Positions 10,331-21,703 of a stretch of DNA of 52,631 nucleotides are shown in pieces. The stretch's first letter is position 1, and the number at the start of each line of letters is the position of its first letter. The stretch lies in NCBI GenBank assembly GCA_025363395.1, contig JANYDX010000248.1, positions 1 to 52,631 of the forward strand, given 5' to 3'. This stretch comes from Verrucomicrobiota bacterium (GTDB lineage Bacteria > Verrucomicrobiota > Verrucomicrobiia > Opitutales > Opitutaceae). The notes beneath the pieces are model-generated. The model did no database searches. It saw only the letters and a list, made by a program, of their open reading frames with translations, and was not told where the DNA came from. Made by a program: the position numbers and the translations under genes.

Positions 10331-11362
10331 TTAAATCAAACCTGAAGTCTCGGGAAAGCCCAGCCACAGATTCATGATTTGGACGGCTTGCCCACTGGCG
10401 CCTTTGACCAAGTTGTCCAAGGCTGAGGTGATGACAAAATTGCCGGTCCGCGCATCATGCACGGCGGAAACATCCACCCGGTTCGTACCAGTGACATAGG
10501 CGGTGTCGGGCGTTTCACCGGACGTTAAAATGGAGACGAAAGGCCGCCCGGTGTATGCGTTGCGCCAGGCAGTGTAGAGAGTTTCGATCGTAGCACCTTT
10601 TGCTGCCGGCACCGTGATCGTCGTGGCAATCCCGCGACGCATCGGCGCCAAATGAGGATTAAACTGCACCACAATTTTCCCGCCTGCGAAAGCGGAGAGC
10701 TGTTCCTCGATTTCCGCGAGATGCCGGTGCTTGGCTAGGCCATAGGCCTTGGCGCTTTCGGCCCGCTCAACAAAAAGATATTGCTCCTCCGCCTTTTTCC
10801 CGGCTCCGCTTACCCCGCTGAAGGAATTGGCAACGATGTGGTCGCGCGTGATGATGCCCGCCTTGAGCAGGGGCGCCAGTGGCACCAACACACTTGTTGG
10901 GTAGCAACCGGGTGCGGCCGCCAACTGGAGTTCCTGCTTCCATTTGGGATCAGTCAGCTCGGGCAGGACAAACCGGGCCTGCGACAACAGCTCGGGCGCG
11001 TGATGAGAGCCGTAATATTTTTCATAAACGGCCAGTTCTGCGATCCGGAAATCAGCACTCAGATCAATGACTTTGCGGCCCGCCGGCAGCAGTGCTTTGG
11101 CAAAATCCGCCGCGGCGCCATGGGGCAGGGCCAGAAACCACAAGTCGATATCCTTCCGCGCAGCCAGGGCGGTGGGATCTGATTCGCTGAATTTCAGCTG
11201 GTCCGCCGCCGTACCACGCAAGGCCGGAATCACCGCGGCCACCGTCTTGCCGGCATGCTGCCGTGAGGTGACAACAGACAGTTTAACCTGCGGGTGACCG
11301 AGGAGGAGCTTGACCAGAACTTCGCCGGAATAACCCGACGCGCCGACAACGCCGACATTCAT
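10331..11362 (-). CDS. argC: N-acetyl-gamma-glutamyl-phosphate reductase
   Basis: GASGYSG, IDLSADFR, PGCYPT (catalytic Cys), SGVSGAG, DNLVKGASGQAVQ. Confidence 0.96.
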   Translation of the reverse strand: MNVGVVGASGYSGEVLVKLLLGHPQVKLSVVTSRQHAGKTVAAVIPALRGTAADQLKFSESDPTALAARKDIDLWFLALPHGAAADFAKALLPAGRKVIDLSADFRIAELAVYEKYYGSHHAPELLSQARFVLPELTDPKWKQELQLAAAPGCYPTSVLVPLAPLLKAGIITRDHIVANSFSGVSGAGKKAEEQYLFVERAESAKAYGLAKHRHLAEIEEQLSAFAGGKIVVQFNPHLAPMRRGIATTITVPAAKGATIETLYTAWRNAYTGRPFVSILTSGETPDTAYVTGTNRVDVSAVHDARTGNFVITSALDNLVKGASGQAVQIMNLWLGFPETSGLI

Positions 11363-11419
11363 TTAGGGAAGATGTAGAATTAGTAAGTCCACCGGGGGAA
11401 TCGAGAAGTTTCGTCTGCC

Positions 11420-11455
11420 AAAAAAAGAAGCGGAGGCCGTGGGGCTCTCCGCTTC
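11420..11455 (-). terminator. Rho-independent terminator of rplM-rpsI
   Basis: GAAGCGGAG...CTCCGCTTC stem with an adjacent A7 run (U7 on the minus strand), about 27 nt after the rpsI stop. Confidence 0.8.
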
Positions 11456-11481
11456 GAGTGAATTTGATTCCAGTCTCGCGA

Positions 11482-11880
11482 TTAACGCTTGGAAAACTGG
11501 AAGCGCTTGCGGGCGCCCGGCTGCCCGGGCTTCTTGCGCTCTTTCTCGCGCGGGTCACGGGTAAGGTGGCCGGCCTTCTTCAACGTGACGCGCAGCTCAG
11601 GGTTGAATTTCAAGAGGGCGCGGGCGATGCCGTGGGCCACCGCTCCGGACTGGCTGCTGATGCCGCCGCCGGCAACATTCACCATGACATCAAACTTATC
11701 CTTGCTGTCCGCCGTCACGAGCGGGGCAATGGCCCGGCGCACGAAGTTATCGTGCGTGAAATAGGTTTCGAACTTGCGGTCATTGACCGAGAGTTGGCCG
11801 GAACCGGCAACGATGCGGACGCGGGCGGTGGAGGTCTTGCGACGGCCGGTGCCGAGATAAACGGTTGATTCAGCGCTCAT
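11482..11880 (-). CDS. rpsI: 30S ribosomal protein S9
   Basis: [36 protein letters not shown]. Confidence 0.98.
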   Translation of the reverse strand: MSAESTVYLGTGRRKTSTARVRIVAGSGQLSVNDRKFETYFTHDNFVRRAIAPLVTADSKDKFDVMVNVAGGGISSQSGAVAHGIARALLKFNPELRVTLKKAGHLTRDPREKERKKPGQPGARKRFQFSKR

Positions 11881-11889
11881 GGGATGACT

Positions 11890-12312
11890 TTAAAGCTTAA
11901 CGGGATTCTGGGCCTCGTGATCGTGGGTGGCGCCAGGGAAAACGCGGAGCTTGGTCAGCATCGTTCTCGCCAGACGGTTCTTGGGGAGCATGCCCTTGAC
12001 GGCCTGCATCACGATAAATTCGGGCTTCTTCACGCGCACCTCGGTGAGCTTGCGATATTTTTCGCCGCCGACATAGCCGGAGAACGACATGTACTCGGTG
12101 GCTTCTTCCTTCTTACCAGTAAGGACGACTTTGCTCGCGTTGATGACGACCACATAATCGCCGGTGTCGACGTGGGGCGTGTAGGTTGCTTTGTGACGGC
12201 CACGGATGATATTCGCGGCTTTAACTGCGAGACGGCCCAGCACTTTGCCTTCGGCATCGATTAAATACCACTTGGGCTGCACAGTCTCTTTCTTGGCCAG
12301 ATAGGTTTTCAT
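11890..12312 (-). CDS. rplM: 50S ribosomal protein L13
   Basis: WYLIDAEGKVLGRLA, YTPHVDTGDYVVVINA, AVKGMLPKNRL; start at 12312. Confidence 0.98.
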   Translation of the reverse strand: MKTYLAKKETVQPKWYLIDAEGKVLGRLAVKAANIIRGRHKATYTPHVDTGDYVVVINASKVVLTGKKEEATEYMSFSGYVGGEKYRKLTEVRVKKPEFIVMQAVKGMLPKNRLARTMLTKLRVFPGATHDHEAQNPVKL

Positions 12313-12351
12313 TTGCGGAAAGGGGCCAAAGGGAAGGATTCCCCCACCCCC

Positions 12352-12357
12352 TGTCAA
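12352..12357 (-). promoter_or_regulatory. -35 hexamer of putative rplM promoter
   Basis: Perfect TTGACA 40 nt upstream of the rplM ATG; the matching -10 is poor (TCCCTT). Confidence 0.35.
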
Positions 12358-12687
12358 CCCCGAACCCTTCACATTTCTTAAAACCGCCGGATGATCACCT
12401 TAATTCCTTAAAAGTCGGGGCTTACACCAAGCAAATTTCACGAATTTTACCCTCACCCCAAATTAAATGTCCCGATTGTCGGCGATGGGCTCTTTTTCTC
12501 AGATTAATCCCGCCAATAAATGCTGATATGCGGTCGAGAGTCTGCCTTCAGCCAGACAGGCTTTGTATCAGCGTACCAATCAAGGGAGATCGATAAACCG
12601 CTGGCACACGTAAATGAGACCCATTTGAACCACCGGCCCATGGATGTGTTTGTTTTCGAGCCCGCAGTACGCACAGTGGCGTCGTCC

Positions 12688-13074
12688 ATGAATACTGCGC
12701 CTCGCTGGATCGCACTCTCCGCCGGTGTCCTCGGGTTTACCGGGGTGGCGCTGGGCGCGTTCGGTGCGCATGCCTTGAAGGAAACCTTAACCGCACGGGC
12801 CAGCCTGCCCACTTGGCAGACAGCTGTGCTTTATCAACTCGTCCATTCCATAGCTCTGCTCGTTATCGCAGGATGGCCGGTTGTCGGAGGGAAAATCGTG
12901 TGGGCCGCGCGATGCTGGACCGCTGGAATCATTCTGTTTTCCGGATCGCTTTATTCTCTCTCGCTCGGAGGACCGATCAAATTCATCTGGCCGATAACCC
13001 CGCTCGGCGGCCTGGCCTTCCTCCTCGGCTGGCTGTTCATTGCGTGGAATGCCTTTCAATCGCCCCGAGCATGA
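12688..13074 (+). CDS. DUF423 (YgdD/TMEM256) membrane protein
   Basis: GVALGAFGAHAL, WQTAVLYQLVH, GIILFSGSLY, ITPLGG motifs. Confidence 0.9.
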   Translation: MNTAPRWIALSAGVLGFTGVALGAFGAHALKETLTARASLPTWQTAVLYQLVHSIALLVIAGWPVVGGKIVWAARCWTAGIILFSGSLYSLSLGGPIKFIWPITPLGGLAFLLGWLFIAWNAFQSPRA

Positions 13075-14498
13075 AGCTCCCGCCGCCACTCCTCGCCGCT
13101 CTTTCCGCCCTCCGCTCTGCCGGGGGACGACCGCGACTCGTGGGCGGCTGCGTGCGCGATTGGCTGCTCGGACTGGAACCCAAGGACTTCGATATCGAGG
13201 TCTTTCATCTCGACTACGAGGCGATGGGCCGCGCGCTCGCACCTTTTGGCCCGACTGATCTGGTCGGCCGCAGTTTCGGGGTTTTAAAGGTTCGTTTGGG
13301 CGGAATGGAATACGATTTCAGCCTGCCGCGTCGCGAATCGAAAACCGGAGTCGGTCACCGCGGGTTTGCGGTCACCCCCGACTCCTCGCTGACCGAGGTT
13401 GAGGCCGCCGCCCGCCGTGATTTTACCATCAATGCGATCGCTTACGATCCATTCGAAAACAAGCTTTTGGATTTCCATAACGGTGCCGGCGATCTGAAGA
13501 ACAAGCTCCTGCGCCACACCAGCGCGGCTTTCACCGAAGACCCGCTCCGCGTCCTGCGGGCCTTTCAATTGGCCGCACGTTTCGAACTCACACTTGCGCC
13601 GGAAACGGCCGCGCTTTGCCGCTCGATTGTGGATAGCTACACCGAGCTGCCGGTCGAGCGCGTCTGGGGCGAGTGGGACAAGTGGGCGACAAAAGCCAGC
13701 AAGCCTTCGCTCGGCATCGTCGTCCTCAAACAAACCGGCTGGTTAAAACATTTTCCCGAGATCGCTGCACTCGACGGCGTTCCCCAGGAACCCGAATGGC
13801 ACCCGGAGGGCGATGTGCTGACCCACACCAATCATTGCCTCGATGCCCTTGTCGGTCTCGCCACCTGGCGCGACGGTTCGCCCCACACTCGCAGGCTTCT
13901 CTCCTTCAGTGTGCTGGCCCATGATTTTGGCAAGGCCACCACCACCAAACAGCTTGAACGCCGCGGCCAGCTCCGCTGGACTAGCATGGAACACGAGACG
14001 GCCGGCGGGCCGATGGCCGAGGCTTTTCTTCAGCGCATCGGGACGCCGCTCGATGTGATCACCTACGTCCGTCCGCTCGTCGTGAACCATCTCATGCACC
14101 ACCACGGACAGAGTGAGATTCGCGACACCGCGGTGCGCCGGCTGGCGAAAAAAATCGCCCCGGCGACCATTGATCATCTCATCGCGGTGATGCTGGCCGA
14201 TCACTTTGGCCGGCCTCCGTTGATTCCACGGGAAACGATCGTCCGCATCGAGCACATGAGGACCGCCGCGCAGCGGCTGGAACTGGAGCACGCCGCCCCT
14301 AAACCCATCGTGCTCGGCCGACACCTGATCACCTTGGGCTATCAACCCGGCCCGCAATTCAAGCGCACACTCGACGCCGCGTTCGAATCGCAGCTCGATG
14401 GCGCTTTCGACAATGAAGCGGGCGGCATTGAATGGATGAAAAACTATTTGCGAGCCCACCCACCTCTTTTATCGTCCCTGCAAATCCCCAAAATATGA
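13071..14498 (+). CDS. cca: CCA tRNA nucleotidyltransferase / poly(A) polymerase family with HD domain
   Basis: [52 protein letters not shown]; ATGA overlap with the DUF423 gene. Confidence 0.85.
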   Translation: MKLPPPLLAALSALRSAGGRPRLVGGCVRDWLLGLEPKDFDIEVFHLDYEAMGRALAPFGPTDLVGRSFGVLKVRLGGMEYDFSLPRRESKTGVGHRGFAVTPDSSLTEVEAAARRDFTINAIAYDPFENKLLDFHNGAGDLKNKLLRHTSAAFTEDPLRVLRAFQLAARFELTLAPETAALCRSIVDSYTELPVERVWGEWDKWATKASKPSLGIVVLKQTGWLKHFPEIAALDGVPQEPEWHPEGDVLTHTNHCLDALVGLATWRDGSPHTRRLLSFSVLAHDFGKATTTKQLERRGQLRWTSMEHETAGGPMAEAFLQRIGTPLDVITYVRPLVVNHLMHHHGQSEIRDTAVRRLAKKIAPATIDHLIAVMLADHFGRPPLIPRETIVRIEHMRTAAQRLELEHAAPKPIVLGRHLITLGYQPGPQFKRTLDAAFESQLDGAFDNEAGGIEWMKNYLRAHPPLLSSLQIPKI

Positions 14499-15445
14499 GT
14501 ACTCCCACGCAGCTCGATCAGCTCAAACAATTCACCGTCGTGGTCGCCGACACCGGCGACTTCACCAGCATGAAGGAGTACGCGCCGCGGGACGCGACCA
14601 CCAACCCCAGCCTGATCCTCAAGGCCGCCGGGATGCCGGGCTACGCCCACCTGCTCGACCAGGCGATCAAGGATGCGGGAGCTTCCGCCTCCACGGAAAA
14701 AGTCATCGACGAATTGCTCGTTCTCTTTGGTCGCGAAATCCTGAAAATCGTGCCCGGCCGGGTCTCAACCGAAGTGGACGCCCGCCTTTCGTTTGATCGC
14801 GACGGCTCGATTGCCAAGGCCCGCGAAATCATCGGCCTCTATGAAAAGGCCGGCATTCCCCGCGAACGCATCCTGATCAAACTGGCCTCCACTTGGGAAG
14901 GCATCAAAGCCGCGGAATTGCTGCAGAAGGAAAAAATCAACTGCAACCTCACACTTCTCTTCTCTTTCGCCCAAGCGGTCGCGTGCGCCGATGCCAATAT
15001 CAGACTGATCTCGCCGTTTGTCGGCCGCATTCTCGACTGGTACAAGAAGAGCACCGGCAAAGATTACGCCCCAACCGAAGACCCCGGCGTGGTCTCCGTC
15101 ACTCAAATTTACACCTACTATAAAAAATTCGGCTACCAGACCGAGGTGATGGGCGCGTCCTTCCGCAACAAGGGCGAGATCACCGAACTCGCCGGTTGCG
15201 ACCTGCTCACCATCAGCCCCGGATTGCTGGCTGAACTCAAGGCGAGCACTGATCCACTCGCCCGCAAGCTCGATCCGGCGAAGGCAAAATCCGCCGAGCT
15301 CACGAAAGTGTCATTCGATGAAAAGGGTTTCCGCTTCGCCATGAATGAAGACGCCATGGCCACGGAAAAAACTTCCGAGGGCATCCGCGTTTTTGCCGCC
15401 GACATCGTCAAGCTCGAGCAGCTGATCAAGCAAAAGCGCGGCTGA
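14495..15445 (+). CDS. tal: Transaldolase
   Basis: [53 protein letters not shown]. Confidence 0.97.
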   Translation: MSTPTQLDQLKQFTVVVADTGDFTSMKEYAPRDATTNPSLILKAAGMPGYAHLLDQAIKDAGASASTEKVIDELLVLFGREILKIVPGRVSTEVDARLSFDRDGSIAKAREIIGLYEKAGIPRERILIKLASTWEGIKAAELLQKEKINCNLTLLFSFAQAVACADANIRLISPFVGRILDWYKKSTGKDYAPTEDPGVVSVTQIYTYYKKFGYQTEVMGASFRNKGEITELAGCDLLTISPGLLAELKASTDPLARKLDPAKAKSAELTKVSFDEKGFRFAMNEDAMATEKTSEGIRVFAADIVKLEQLIKQKRG

Positions 15446-15473
15446 TTCACCTGAAGCGCGCGGAGCCTGCAAT

Positions 15474-17402
15474 ATGATTCGCGCCTTTCAGTGGGACCTT
15501 GCCCGGCAGGTCGAGCGCCTGGATTTCCTGAAAAAACTGCTGCCCCGCTACGCCGAGTGGGGCTATCAGGAACTTTATTTGCACCTGGAGGACGCGGTTC
15601 ATTACCCCAGCCTGCCAGGGATTGGACGCGACGATGCGTATCGTTATGAGGAACTCGGCGAACTGGTGCTGACTGCGGCGCAAAACGGCATCCGCACTGT
15701 GCCCATCGTCAACCTGCTGGGACACACCCAGTATCTGATCAAACATCCCGAGCTGCGCGACCTGAACGAACTGCGCGACGCAAACGGAAAACCCCTCGAG
15801 CACGGACAAATCTGTCCGCTGCATCCGCGCCTGCTGCAGGTGGCCGGGAAACTGCTCGGCGATCTCGCGCCCTACTGCACGGCGGGAAAAGTTCATGTGG
15901 GGTTGGATGAGTCGTTTCATTTGGGCAAATGTCCCCGTTGCCGCGAGGAGGTGGGTCGGATCGGACTCGGCGGACATTTCGCCGGCCACGTCCAGCGCCT
16001 GAACGCGCTGTGCCAGCGGTTCAATCTGCAGCTAGGGCTATGGGCCGACATGCTTTATTTTGTCCCGGAAGCCATCGCGCAACTGCCCCGGGGCATCGCG
16101 GCCTATGACTGGTATTATTATCCCTTCGCCAAAAAACCGCGCGTGGAATTTTTTAATTTCGCCGAACGCGACCTCGCGCCCGCGCTCCGACGGCAGGGCA
16201 TCACCTATTACGGTTGTCCCATGAACGGTGCGTTCCGCCATGAACCGCTGCCGGTTTTTGGCGACCGGCTCGGCAATATCCGTTCGTGGTGGCAGCGTTG
16301 CGCGACCGTAAAAGCCGAGGGTTTTTTAGTCACTTCATGGGAGGCAAACCGGCTCGCCTTGGAAACAACCACCACCGTGGATGCCGCGGCCGCCAGCCTC
16401 TGGCTCGATCCGGAATCTGACGATGCCACCGCCATGCTGGCTCAAGGGCTGAAACGGGTTTTTAAAACAAAGCAGGCCCAATCCCTGGCACGCTCACTCT
16501 TGGCGGGGGACGAACATGCTTTCGCCGGTTACGCCCGCTGGCAAATCAACACCCGCTGGGACGTCTTCGCCGGCCAGGAAAGTATCAAACCCTATCGCGC
16601 CGAGGAGCGTTTCTTGGAACGTTTGTCTGCCAGCGCCGGCTCCTGGCCGCAAGCGTTCGCTGCCAGCCTGGCTTTCCGCGGCTACCTGGCTTACCGCGAT
16701 GTATTTGTCCGCGAAAGCGCGCAGGCGGTGCTCAAACTGCGGCGATTGCTCACAGCAAAAAAGACCTTCGAGGTGAGTGAGGGGATCGCGCGGATGCAAA
16801 ATGGCCTCAGGAAATTCAAGGTGCAGTTGCACGCCGGAGAAAAAGCGGCGCGCGCGATGTGGACGCGGACCCGCACGGCGGGAGCAAACAACCCGAATGA
16901 ACTGATGCTCGCGGCCGATGAAAAGCGCCTGCGTGAGCTGGACCGCTGGCTAAAGCTGGTCAAAAAACAACCGCGGCTGGTTCTGGAAACGACCCCGCTT
17001 GGCGGAGCGTGGCAATTGCAGTTCATGGTGCACAATTTTGCCCCGGCGGTGCAAAAGGTGCTCGTTGAACAGCGGGATGAGCACGGTCTCTGGCACGAAC
17101 TCGCCAGCCGGTACACCATCGAGTTTCGCGCCCAGGCGGCGCGGCCACTGAGCCAGCTGAAACGTGAGTTCACCATTCCGGTGGCGTCGTCCGATGCCAG
17201 TTTACGCATCTCGGTTCACGGCGTCGGACAAGTGGCGATCAGTCACGCCATCCTGTCCAATGGCGTGGTCGTGTTACGTGCGACAAATTTCCGACAAAAG
17301 AAAGTGCTCGGCCGGCGCGTTTTAAAACGCGGTTTCCCTGACCTCAATGCCGAAAGCCATCAACCGATGATGTTGAAGTGGACCGCAGCTGCGGCCGGTT
17401 AG
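15474..17402 (+). CDS. Glycoside hydrolase family 20-like protein (no signal peptide)
   Basis: RAFQWDLAR start, VPIVNLLGH, ICPLHP, VHVGLDE (H-x-G-x-D-E catalytic pair). Confidence 0.7.
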   Translation: MIRAFQWDLARQVERLDFLKKLLPRYAEWGYQELYLHLEDAVHYPSLPGIGRDDAYRYEELGELVLTAAQNGIRTVPIVNLLGHTQYLIKHPELRDLNELRDANGKPLEHGQICPLHPRLLQVAGKLLGDLAPYCTAGKVHVGLDESFHLGKCPRCREEVGRIGLGGHFAGHVQRLNALCQRFNLQLGLWADMLYFVPEAIAQLPRGIAAYDWYYYPFAKKPRVEFFNFAERDLAPALRRQGITYYGCPMNGAFRHEPLPVFGDRLGNIRSWWQRCATVKAEGFLVTSWEANRLALETTTTVDAAAASLWLDPESDDATAMLAQGLKRVFKTKQAQSLARSLLAGDEHAFAGYARWQINTRWDVFAGQESIKPYRAEERFLERLSASAGSWPQAFAASLAFRGYLAYRDVFVRESAQAVLKLRRLLTAKKTFEVSEGIARMQNGLRKFKVQLHAGEKAARAMWTRTRTAGANNPNELMLAADEKRLRELDRWLKLVKKQPRLVLETTPLGGAWQLQFMVHNFAPAVQKVLVEQRDEHGLWHELASRYTIEFRAQAARPLSQLKREFTIPVASSDASLRISVHGVGQVAISHAILSNGVVVLRATNFRQKKVLGRRVLKRGFPDLNAESHQPMMLKWTAAAAG

Positions 17403-20380
17403 AAATCAACCCCAACACTGAAACGAAACCGCCGGGGAGTCTGGAAGGCGGTCGGCAGGAGATACGTCACGTCCGGAGTATTCGCCAGATCGATGTAAGC
17501 GGTCTCCACCACTTCCGTGACTGTCTTGCGATTCAGCAGATTGAATACGTCAGCCGTAAAGTTGAGGCGAGCTTTGGCCCAAGACCATTTCGGCTGGTAG
17601 CGGAGGCTGAAATTATTCTCGAGCACCCACGGGGTGGTACCAGCTTTGCCCCGGGGAACGGAAAAATAGGCCGCACCTTCAGAGGTGCCGAGGATGCTAT
17701 CATTAACCCAGCCAAATTTGTTGATCGGACGGCCCGAACTCAGGCGCAGGTTAAAGCCCGCCTGCCATTCCCGATTAATCGCATAGGAACCGAAGAGCTT
17801 GAACGCGTGCCGGCGGTCGTTGGCCAGATTGCCATAGGAACCCTTCGTCAGATCCGGTGAATCGAATTGAAGCGTGGCGCCGGCATCGTCCTGGCCGTTG
17901 TCCGATAATACCCAGCCTTCGGTATTACCATAACTGTGCGCCCACGTGTAAGAAAATTGGGCCGTCCACCGGCCGTCCCAGATTTTCTCCAGGAAAAGTT
18001 CGGCCGAAGCATATTTGCGCACGGCCTTCGGATAACCCAATTCAGCCGCAGTCAGATTCACCTCTTCATTGACGCCGTCACCATTGAAATCCCAACTGGT
18101 TTTCATGGATGAGCCGGGATTGCCGAGAATGTAATGTTTGCTGCCTTTTGCGCTGTAGCCTGGAAAGCCGTTGGCCTGCGCCCAGGCGGTGAGGCCGTTA
18201 TCAATGATCATGTCCTCCATGGTGGACTTAAGGTCGCGATAAATGAAGCGCACGCCGGCGGTGAACTGCCGGTTGATCACCTGTTGCACCCCAATCATGT
18301 ACTCGTCCTGATACATCGGCTTGATGTCTTCTGCCACGATGGTTTTTTTATCGGGGATCGTGCCGTCCGAAAAGACGGTTTGTGTTCCAATCTGGGCTCC
18401 GATCTTAGGCGTGCCATCCGCATTGACCGAATTCAGCGCGTAATAATCCTGGGTGAATAATTCCCCGCCCGACAGCTGGACGTTGGTATTGGAGGCGACC
18501 GGAATGTGATAGCGGCCATAGTTGGCGAACACCTTGGTCTTTTTGTCGCCAAACAGATCGTAGGAAGCGCCGAGCCGCGGCGCCAGTTGCCGGTCAATCT
18601 TGATGAAGCTCTCGCGGTTCAAATTAAAATTCTCGAAACTTTCGTTGCGGAGCCCGACGCGGAACAGCCAGCGATCCTTCATCAGGCTCCAATTATCCTC
18701 AACATAGAGCGCGTTGGAGTTAACGTCGAACGAACCCGCCCGCCGGTAAACGCGCTTCCGCGCCACTTCCGTTACGCCGGCAGGAACAATCCCGTCGTCC
18801 AGCACGCTGCCCGGCGTAACAAGACTGTACCGCCAGTAAACTCCGCCCGAATACTGCGTGTCGTTCAACGAGGTGTTTTTCTCGCGATCAAATCCCGCCC
18901 GCAGCTGGTGGTGGCCCCATAGCGAAAGATCGTAGGTCAGGTCAAAGCGGAGGGCTTCACGTTCGTCTCCACCGGTGGAAACCTGCCCGGTCACGCTGGA
19001 GGTACCGGCGAGTTGCACCAATGCACCCGAACGCCGGTCATAAACCAGCGGCTCCAGGTCTTTCGAACTTAAATCGGACAAGGCCTGCGTACTGCGGCCG
19101 AAAAGCGCGGATAAGGTCAGCTGGTCGAAAAAAGTCCCGGTGTAATGGGCAATGCGCAGGTTGCCGCCGCGCGAATTCCAGTTGGTGACCGAGTTGGTCC
19201 CCCGGTCGCGCTTCGTCGCAAAATCGAAGTCGGTCTGGGTACCAACCGTGGTGGATTTGTTTTTGATGTCGGTGTATTCCAACTTTTGCCCCGGGAGCAC
19301 ATTGGCGTCAAATTTCAGCAGCCAGAAAGGATCGTCGGCCGTGGTTTTCCGAAAGGTGTTTCCGGCATTGATGACGTCTCCCGTCTTTTCATTTCTAAAA
19401 TTGTAGAGCCCGTAAAAAAACAGCCGGTTTTTGAACAGCGGCCCGCCCGCGTAAATATTTGTCTGAACGTCCGACCGCTCGTCCCGGCTGTTGTACAGCC
19501 ACGGCGCAGTGACCCCGAAATTGTCCCGGTAGTATACGTCAGGCTGGTGCGCATAAGAGGCGTCGGGTGTCCAATAAACATTAAACCCGGCCGCATAGTG
19601 ATTCGTGCCGCTCTTGGTTGTCGCGTTGATCACGCCGCCCAGCGAGCGGCCAAACTCGGCCGAATAGGCCCCGGTCTTGATCTCAAATTGGTCGTACGCC
19701 TCAAAGGGCACGGTGCCCGGATCGATGCCCCGGCGAAAATCACTGACATTAAACCCATTGATGAAATAGGCGTTTTCCGCGACCGAGGCCCCGCCGAATG
19801 AGGCAAGATTGCCGAAAGCCAAGTCTCCCGGAACCGTCCCAGGTGCCTGCAAAGCGACGTCCGTGGTCGTCCGTGCCACGGGCAGGGTCTGGAGCTGGGC
19901 GGCGGTAAAAATGCTGACAGATTCCGTCTTTGCAAAATCGATGGGCGTGGTCGCCGCGCCTGATACCACAAATTTGTCGAGGGTGACCGTCGCTTCAGCA
20001 GCGAAATCAACCACCTTGTTGGTCCCCAAACCTACTTCGACGATTTGTGCACGGGGTGCGCCTAATCCATCCTTCACCGTCACCTTGTAGAAACCAGGAG
20101 GCAGTGCGACCACGCGGAAAGTTCCGTCACTCGCGACTCCGGACGTGCGCTGAAACCCCGTATCCACGCTCTCGATGCTGATGGAACTGCCAGCGTCCGC
20201 TTTGCCAGACAGGGAACCGCTGACATTGCTTTGGGCGAGGCCGCTGGTCCCGAGAAGGAAAAGGGCAAGCGTAGCGCAGCCCGCGAAAAGAAAGAATCGG
20301 TTGCGCAAAAAAAAACGGAGGCCGAAGCGGCTGGTTCGGGCGTGCGGAGCCCGCGCCTTGCCTTCAGGACGGTGCTTCAT
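17399..20380 (-). CDS. TonB-dependent receptor (Oar-like, carboxypeptidase-regulatory-like N-terminal domain)
   Basis: Signal peptide, 'ALPPGFYKVTV' N-domain, plug motifs EN.YFINGFNV and YSAEFGRSLGGVINATTKSGTN, amphipathic beta strands, C-terminal ...FRFSVGVDF. Confidence 0.92.
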   Translation of the reverse strand: MKHRPEGKARAPHARTSRFGLRFFLRNRFFLFAGCATLALFLLGTSGLAQSNVSGSLSGKADAGSSISIESVDTGFQRTSGVASDGTFRVVALPPGFYKVTVKDGLGAPRAQIVEVGLGTNKVVDFAAEATVTLDKFVVSGAATTPIDFAKTESVSIFTAAQLQTLPVARTTTDVALQAPGTVPGDLAFGNLASFGGASVAENAYFINGFNVSDFRRGIDPGTVPFEAYDQFEIKTGAYSAEFGRSLGGVINATTKSGTNHYAAGFNVYWTPDASYAHQPDVYYRDNFGVTAPWLYNSRDERSDVQTNIYAGGPLFKNRLFFYGLYNFRNEKTGDVINAGNTFRKTTADDPFWLLKFDANVLPGQKLEYTDIKNKSTTVGTQTDFDFATKRDRGTNSVTNWNSRGGNLRIAHYTGTFFDQLTLSALFGRSTQALSDLSSKDLEPLVYDRRSGALVQLAGTSSVTGQVSTGGDEREALRFDLTYDLSLWGHHQLRAGFDREKNTSLNDTQYSGGVYWRYSLVTPGSVLDDGIVPAGVTEVARKRVYRRAGSFDVNSNALYVEDNWSLMKDRWLFRVGLRNESFENFNLNRESFIKIDRQLAPRLGASYDLFGDKKTKVFANYGRYHIPVASNTNVQLSGGELFTQDYYALNSVNADGTPKIGAQIGTQTVFSDGTIPDKKTIVAEDIKPMYQDEYMIGVQQVINRQFTAGVRFIYRDLKSTMEDMIIDNGLTAWAQANGFPGYSAKGSKHYILGNPGSSMKTSWDFNGDGVNEEVNLTAAELGYPKAVRKYASAELFLEKIWDGRWTAQFSYTWAHSYGNTEGWVLSDNGQDDAGATLQFDSPDLTKGSYGNLANDRRHAFKLFGSYAINREWQAGFNLRLSSGRPINKFGWVNDSILGTSEGAAYFSVPRGKAGTTPWVLENNFSLRYQPKWSWAKARLNFTADVFNLLNRKTVTEVVETAYIDLANTPDVTYLLPTAFQTPRRFRFSVGVDF

Positions 20381-20445
20381 GGTTTTGGAGTGCGTGGGGG
20401 AGGAGGTAAACTAACCGCGATCAACCAATCACTGCTGAGGCAAAG

Positions 20446-20462
20446 TGCATTCCTCGTGCCAA
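20446..20462 (-). promoter_or_regulatory. Putative sigma54 (-24/-12) promoter of the TonB-dependent receptor
   Basis: Minus strand TTGGCACGAGGAATGCA = TGGCACG-N5-TGCA with correct GG-N10-GC spacing, 66 nt upstream of the ATG. Confidence 0.65.
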
Positions 20463-20536
20463 GGTTCAACAGTTATCTCTTGTGAACCACCAAGTTGCAT
20501 TCGAATGGCCGGAATTTTTCCGGTCATTGGTTTCAA

Positions 20537-21703
20537 TCACATCTGCGCCTTGAGCTTTCGCGCCCGGCTCAGCGCCGTATCCGGATCAGCCGCCGTCACG
20601 GTAAAATGTCCCATCTTGCGACCCGGCCGAGGTTCACCTTTGCCGTAAAGATGAAGCCGCACCGCCGGGTCGGCCAGCAGCACTTCCCACCTGGGCTCGG
20701 TGGTCGCAATTTGCGTCGCACCTGATCGAGCAGTCCAAGCGTCGCCCAGAATATTCACCATGACCACCGGCGAAATGAGCCGCGGATCCCCCAGCGGCAG
20801 TCCGCAAATCGCCCTCACCTGCTGTTCGAACTGCGACGTAACGCAGGCGTCGATGGTGTAATGTCCGCTGTTGTGGGTCCGCGGCGCGAGTTCATTGACG
20901 AGAACCTCTCCCGCCTTCGTGACGAATAACTCCACGCCCATAACACCGACCAAGCCGATTTTTTCGGCGATCAGGCGGGCGATTTTTTCCGCCGCAGCGG
21001 CCACCTCCGGCGCCACCCGGGCCGGCACGATGGAAAAATCCAAAATATGGTTGGTGTGGATATTCTCCACGATGGGAAACACCTGGATCTCGCCCTTGGC
21101 CGTGCGCGCCATCACGACCGAGACCTCACAGGAAAAATCAATCCACTGCTCAATCACACAGGCCTGCGCGGCGAACGCTTTTTGCGCCTTCGCAATATCC
21201 GCCTCGGACTGAACCTTCACCTGTCCTTTGCCATCGTAGCCAAAATCCGCGGTCTTCACGACGCACGGCACTCCGACTTCCTGAATCCCCGCGGCGATGT
21301 TTCCCCCCGCTGCGACTTCCGCGAAACGCGCGTGGGCAAATCCGTTGAGTTTCAGCCAGTTTTTTTCCCGCGACCGGTTCTGTGTCGTCTCCAGCACACT
21401 CCAGTGCGGGTACAGTTGCGTCAGGTGCTCAATGGCGCGGAGCGGCGCCGCGGGAATGTTTTCGAATTCGTAGGTAATGACGTCGCATTCCCGGGCAAAG
21501 TCAGTGAGGGCCGCGAGATCTTCGTAGGCTGCATTGACCTCCTTGTGCGATACCGCCCCCGCCGGGCAGTTGGCCTGCGGTTCAAAAATGTGAACGCGAT
21601 AGCCGAGACGCGTGGCTGCTTGCGACAGCATCCGGCCGAGCTGGCCTCCGCCCAGCACGCCGATTGTTCCGCCCGGGAGAACTGTCCTCGCCGGCACGCT
21701 CAC
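20537..21703 (-). CDS. purK: N5-carboxyaminoimidazole ribonucleotide synthase
   Basis: [52 protein letters not shown]; GTG start overlaps the purE stop (GTGA). Confidence 0.95.
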   Translation of the reverse strand: MSVPARTVLPGGTIGVLGGGQLGRMLSQAATRLGYRVHIFEPQANCPAGAVSHKEVNAAYEDLAALTDFARECDVITYEFENIPAAPLRAIEHLTQLYPHWSVLETTQNRSREKNWLKLNGFAHARFAEVAAGGNIAAGIQEVGVPCVVKTADFGYDGKGQVKVQSEADIAKAQKAFAAQACVIEQWIDFSCEVSVVMARTAKGEIQVFPIVENIHTNHILDFSIVPARVAPEVAAAAEKIARLIAEKIGLVGVMGVELFVTKAGEVLVNELAPRTHNSGHYTIDACVTSQFEQQVRAICGLPLGDPRLISPVVMVNILGDAWTARSGATQIATTEPRWEVLLADPAVRLHLYGKGEPRPGRKMGHFTVTAADPDTALSRARKLKAQM

